A DNA stretch of 64,000 nucleotides, taken from NCBI GenBank assembly GCA_964016885.1, contig OZ024743.1, positions 239,878,001-239,942,000 of the forward strand, given 5' to 3'. Position numbers and translations under genes: made by a program. This document shows, piece after piece, positions 56,213 through 64,000 of the stretch. Source of the DNA: Eledone cirrhosa. Lineage: Eukaryota. Each line of letters opens with the position of its first letter. Position 1 is the stretch's first letter. The notes under the pieces were generated by a model. It did not search any database and was not told where the DNA came from. It saw only the letters and a list, made by a program, of their open reading frames with translations.

Positions 56213-56679
56213 TGATAGAGACTCTAAACTAAGGTTGGTTGAGCTTTGCATTATTGATATATATTTTATATGCATCAATTAAACATAAATTGAATATATT
56301 TCTACTCCTAATTTGTGTAAATTAGTTTGCGTTGTCTAACGTGGACTTGCTTGGAGATCTTTCTAGCCATAAGGTGTGTCCTATTATATTTGACATTCCG
56401 TTAAATGTTGTTTTAAAACTATGTGGAGAACCTTTTCAAAAATTCTCCCTTGGGTAGTTGACTAGTATTTTAGTGCAAATCATACCGACGAAATGAAATG
56501 GAGATCCTACGATGCTTATTACCAAAATGAATATTTGGCGATTGATACTAATTACTGAGATCGAAAGGTTGCACTGTTTTCCAATTGATGTATCTTGTTA
56601 CATATCGTTGTAACTGATATTTATTTCATATAACACACACGCAGCCACACACACAAATATATATACCTGTATATATATA

Positions 56680-58535
<1,856 letters not shown>

Positions 58536-58603
58536 ATCATACTCTGCTCTGTAAGAGCATAGAGTGCTCAACCGGCATACCGCCTATGGAAGCATCTTAG
58601 CTA

Positions 58604-58637
<34 letters not shown>

Positions 58638-58646
58638 ATGTATATA

Positions 58647-58682
<36 letters not shown>

Positions 58683-58708
58683 CATGTTATATATATATAT
58701 ATATATAT

Positions 58709-61530
58709 AAATTATTAAATTATCAAAGTTGTGTTCAAATCATTTAATAGCTGACAATCGTTTCTTCCAAACTCTCGTTTGGAATCATCGGACCATTATC
58801 AATGTTTGCACATATAATTACCCTCCTATTCAACTGAACAATAATATAGATACATATAAATTGATGTTGTGAGCAATAGTTTCGTATTTACAGGGGGGAA
58901 TGGATGTGACATATATTTTATGGGAATTGTACAATAATTGTACAAACATTCAAGTTCAAATTCAAATCAGAATTAAAATTACAATCAAAATCAAAATCAA
59001 AAGCACGGAGTGGAATACATGCAACAGTTAAAACAGGGGAATAGTCCAAATATTAAAGAGGCATTGAGGAAGCAGTTTTGAGAAAGGAAGAGTGCGATAA
59101 CAAATCATAAGCAGGCGTGTGGATAGTGTGACTGCGTAAGTCATATACATGAGAAGGAGACAAGCAAAGCTATTATGCATATATAGATGAATAAATGCTG
59201 CAGTTGAAGCAAATATGTTAATGTATTAGAGTCTATGGTGGGTGTTGAATGTTGATGGTGTTCGAATTAATGTGTGTTGAGAAACATACAGTTTTTGCAT
59301 ACTTTTCCATGACATGTTGAATTAAATTTCAGTTAATTTTTATATTGAGTGTTTTAAGTTAGTTAGAGCAATGGCTTGTAAATTAGTCTTAATGAATTCA
59401 TATTCATAGACTATATTTGATCAGCCGTTAAATTTTCAATCGTTAATTTCCGGAAGTGAATAAGGGAAGTTAATGCGTAAGGGGAGGTAACTAGCTAATT
59501 ATGTTCAATTCAGTTATTAAAATTCTTTGTTCTAATACACAATATAATGTTGATACCATTGGATCTTTTTTACATAACCCTGTATATTTATGCTTGATTT
59601 TAAATATAGTGTATTCTACTATCATACATTAAATGTTTCTTTAGATTGTTATCTATTCATTACTGGACAAGATGAATAGGAGTTGTGTAGCGGAAAGAGT
59701 TGGTCGAGGGGTTTGTAGTTGTGGGTGCTGCTAATTCCTAGATGTGTATTGTTAATGGTGGTGGTGAATTCAAATCTGTCATTGTTGTATACTAACAGCT
59801 AGGTTTAAAGTTATGGAACGAGTGTCGGTACCTGTGTTGGCACGAGGAAAATGTCTCTGACTTTCTATTCAGGAGGTCTAGTTTCGAAAAGATTATAGTA
59901 TGGGTCTCCAGAAGGCAGAGATTACACAATTTATTCGGTGGTATATACGATGAGGCCCTACCTACTACTTCCCATTGCAGTGTAAAAGGTCTATTCCTAG
60001 TTTTCAGTGAGTGTATGTAGCTAGATAAAGAAGTAGAGCTGGCTAGATTGTGTTTCTTGAAAGAGTGGAGGTGCGAGTTGTATCTCGTCTTGAAGTTGTT
60101 CGAAGTAGAACCTATATATGTTTTAGAAGATTTGTTTGCGTTGACGGTGCATGAGTAGATGATGTCTTTGGTTAAGCAATTATTACCTAAGGGGCAAGTC
60201 GTATTAGTTCTACAGTTACATTTATTCTGGGTGTTAGCTTGCCGGTTCCTATGTTGTGAAGAATTCTGGTTGCTAAGGGTAGAACTAGGGTAATGATGCC
60301 TATCATTCGTATTGTTATTGATATCATTATTACTATTATTACTACTATTGTTTACAGGTACTATGTTTACCTCCTGTTGTGTTTTAATAGTTGGAAATAG
60401 TTATTAATCTTCCTTTTATTACTACTAGCTATATGGTATGCTATGTTAGATGTGGTGGAGTACGATATTTTAATTGTATTTTTATCGATAAAGCTACGGT
60501 ACTTGTGGCCGGTAGGCAAGTTTTTTTCTAAGTTTGAGAACAAAGCCTTAGGCAAGTTGGTAGAGACGTTTTGATTGAAAGGGAGATTGAAGAATGTATT
60601 AGTTCTCCTATTTTTGTTTATATTATTATTATTTTTTTTTTTAGGTATTCATATCCGTTTAAATTATTATTGTGGTGTTTACTTTGGTGCAAGTTAAGTT
60701 TGGTATTAATCCTCGTCTTAGAGTTATAGTGGCTAGTGTTTTTACTATTTTTCTCATGGCCATATTATGAGAAATAATGTTGTAACTATGTGATTTTATA
60801 GGTAGGAATTCAATCTCATTCTTATGTCCTGATTTAGTTAAGGCCTCATTATAGTATTGTGAATTTTTGTTGAATATAGTTTCATTATATGATAGATTAG
60901 AGATTCTATTAGATATTCCTTTGGTAATGGAGTTTAATATGGATTTAGGGTGGTTAGAGTTGGTGTTCACATAAATTAGTTTTTCGTTAGGTTTATGATA
61001 GGGTGTGTATATTCTAGAGTCTAGGCTAAGGGTAGCGTCAAGGAAGTTGACGTTTTTAGTGTTTTTATCTAAGGTGATACTTAAGTTGTAGTTTTTGAAA
61101 ATTTTGGGTAACTGTTTCTTAGTTTTTTATATATTAACTTTTTATAGTCTATGAGAAGAAGCACATCATCGCGGTATAAACCACCGTTGAGGTAGGGTAG
61201 GTTCTTATGGATTTCATTAAGTAGGTATAGTCCCACCAAATCGGTGACCTGCGCCGAGTCACTAGATCCCATGGTTATGTCGAAGTTGTTATGCGTATCC
61301 TTGCGGGTCCATAATTTTTCTTCAAATGTGATTATGGGTTTTCGGGCCCCAAGTATGACATCAATTTGGGATCTAGTCAGGTCACTATTGTTCATGGCCA
61401 TAATAAGAGCATTATTTAATAGGATAGGCGAAATAGAGGTGTAATAAGAATTGATATCAAATTGTATAATTTTTTTATTTTTACACTCTTTAATATTAAA
61501 TACTTACTGGTAATAAGGTAATTAAGAAAT
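58709..61530 (-). mobile_element. 5'-truncated, frameshifted Penelope-like element 3 (RT, GIY-YIG and long 3' region), Hydra-clade-like
   Basis: Minus strand FDINSYYTSISP, FDITMGSSDSAQVTDLVGLYLL, GGLYRDD, VNFLDATL, SNHPK, FFNLPFN, CNCRTNTTCPLGNNCL, IIY..YIGSTSNNFKTRY, CNLCLLE..LLN..CQHR. The 3' end is at (TA)n. Confidence 0.9.
58746..58797 (-). ncRNA. Type I hammerhead motif with CCGATGA core, in the PLE3 3' repeat
   Basis: Minus strand: aatggt-CCGATGA-ttccaaac-gaga-gtttggaa-GAAA-cgattg-TC-agctatt (perfect 8-bp stem II with a GNRA loop). Confidence 0.78.
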
Positions 61531-61592
61531 TACAGACCTTCCTGTTTATAGCTGTTTATACTATATACATAACTATAAATAGTATTATTATT

Positions 61593-62700
<1,108 letters not shown>

Positions 62701-62804
62701 TCAAGAAGGGTCGCAATATTATGCATGTGACTTTTCTGTCAAATAAATCTCTTGTCTCATGACTTATGTGTCATCTATTAAATTCATGCATATGTGCGAT
62801 ATAT

Positions 62805-63469
62805 CATGCAGTGGTACCCGGCGTTGCACGGGATAAGGTACTTTGGAACGAGGGCCGCCAACAGACCTAATCGTGGAAAAACTGCATGCCTGGACAATAT
62901 GTAAAGAAAATAAACCGAATACTCTGATGGCTGGATAATCTTTAAGATTTTCCTCGATGAAACAGGAAAAATGCAGATTGAATTCATTTTTTTATGTGCA
63001 TAATATGCCTTCATATTTCGGGAAAATCGGCTATACGTAATGCATCCCCAAAAAAGCCCTAAAAAGCTTTTAAAATGAAGTTTTTCACCTAATGCCAGCC
63101 CTAGGCCATAAAAAGTTGGATTTTCTTTGCTCACGGCGTGAAGAAGAAGAGACTGACTAATACATAGTTACAATTTCAAGGAAATCGGTCTGGCCTAACG
63201 CCTCAAAAATCCAATAAAAAGCTGAAAAAACGCAGTGTTTCATCTAATGCGGGCTCTAGGGGATCAAAAAGTTGAATTGTTTATGTGCATAACACTCCCT
63301 GAAACATAAGTAATACACATGTAAAGTTTGAAAAAGATCAGTTGGGTACTTCTCGGGTTTCACCCCATCCCCCACACACCACACACATACAAACATACAC
63401 ACATACACACATACATACATTCACATATACATACATCCTTCCCCAGTTTTATATATACACATATATAGA
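62805..63469 (-). mobile_element. Non-autonomous Helitron
   Basis: Minus strand A|TCTATATA..TAAAACTGGGG 5' end at 63469. The 3' hairpin CCCGTGCAACGCCGGG is followed by CATG where CTAG is expected. Internal similarity to 35660-35780. Confidence 0.7.
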
Positions 63470-63880
63470 TTAAAATAAAGATTAAAGTTTAAGCAAAGAA
63501 TCGTTGCTTTCACCATTAACGGGATCTTCTGCAACTAAAAACATCAATCTGTGAACGCAGAAGTAAATATTTCGAAAAACGTTGAAACCGAAGGAAAACA
63601 GGAAGACGATACTTTTGTTCGTGAAGATGTTCCCTGGCAATGAACGGAAAATAGCATACAGACAGATATTATAAGAGCGCTACGGAGATGGATAACCGGC
63701 GCCTAACACCCCTTTAACAATAGAAAATTGAAAAATAAGATGCAGTTAATATCTTTAGACCGCAAGGAATATATAAATGCTAGTTTGAAGTCAATCGGAG
63801 TAGAAATGTGGAGTTGTATAGACTTTGCAAAAATGAGGACACACACACACAGACAACTACAGTTTTATATATATGTATAT
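63470..63880 (-). mobile_element. 5' part of another non-autonomous Helitron carrying a family C segment
   Basis: Minus-strand start TATATAAAACTGTAGTTGTCTGTGTG..CTCCGATTGACTTCAAACT. Shares CAGA.ATATTATAAG.GCGC and the segment at 35380-35497 with the Helitron at 35213. Confidence 0.6.
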
Positions 63881-64000
63881 ATATATATATATATATAATA
63901 GTAGGACACTGGTGGTTTATATCCGTAGTAGTAGAACGCTCAGTCCATGGGAGGAGTTTGGTAGAATTAGTTCCACATCAGATAGTTCATCATACCCGAG

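Overview
Eukaryotic, AT-rich, microsatellite-dense DNA made almost entirely of transposable elements. The tRNA-SINE families and the (TA)n/(CA)n load suggest a cephalopod (Octopus-like) genome; this is an inference. I recognise no host gene, only two weak exon candidates. Coding content: one full-length, two-ORF, apparently intact L1/Tx1-clade LINE (1091-6940) sitting in the (ATT)n tail of a related Tx1 copy; decayed R4/Dong, CR1-group, RTE and CRE LINE fragments; a decayed maT-type Tc1/mariner; non-autonomous Helitrons; and three diverged, decayed Penelope-like elements (RT plus C-terminal GIY-YIG, Hydra-clade-like). The main unexplained structure is a network of short non-coding fold-back elements from at least 7 families, inserted into (TA)n tracts with 3' ends pointing outward. 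Many carry minimal type I hammerhead ribozymes (HHR) that I folded by eye. The clearest case is a 3.07-kb array (40141-43210) of near-identical 476-478-bp units, 4.8 copies on one strand and 1.6 on the other, with an intact HHR at each of six positions; it looks like a reverse-transcribed circular RNA (retrozyme-type). All three Penelope-like elements and two non-coding families share a non-canonical HHR core (CCGANGA or CCGUCGA instead of CUGANGA), usually with an enlarged stem II and a palindromic 6-nt loop III. All alignments and folds were done by eye, and element boundaries are approximate unless a junction is quoted.
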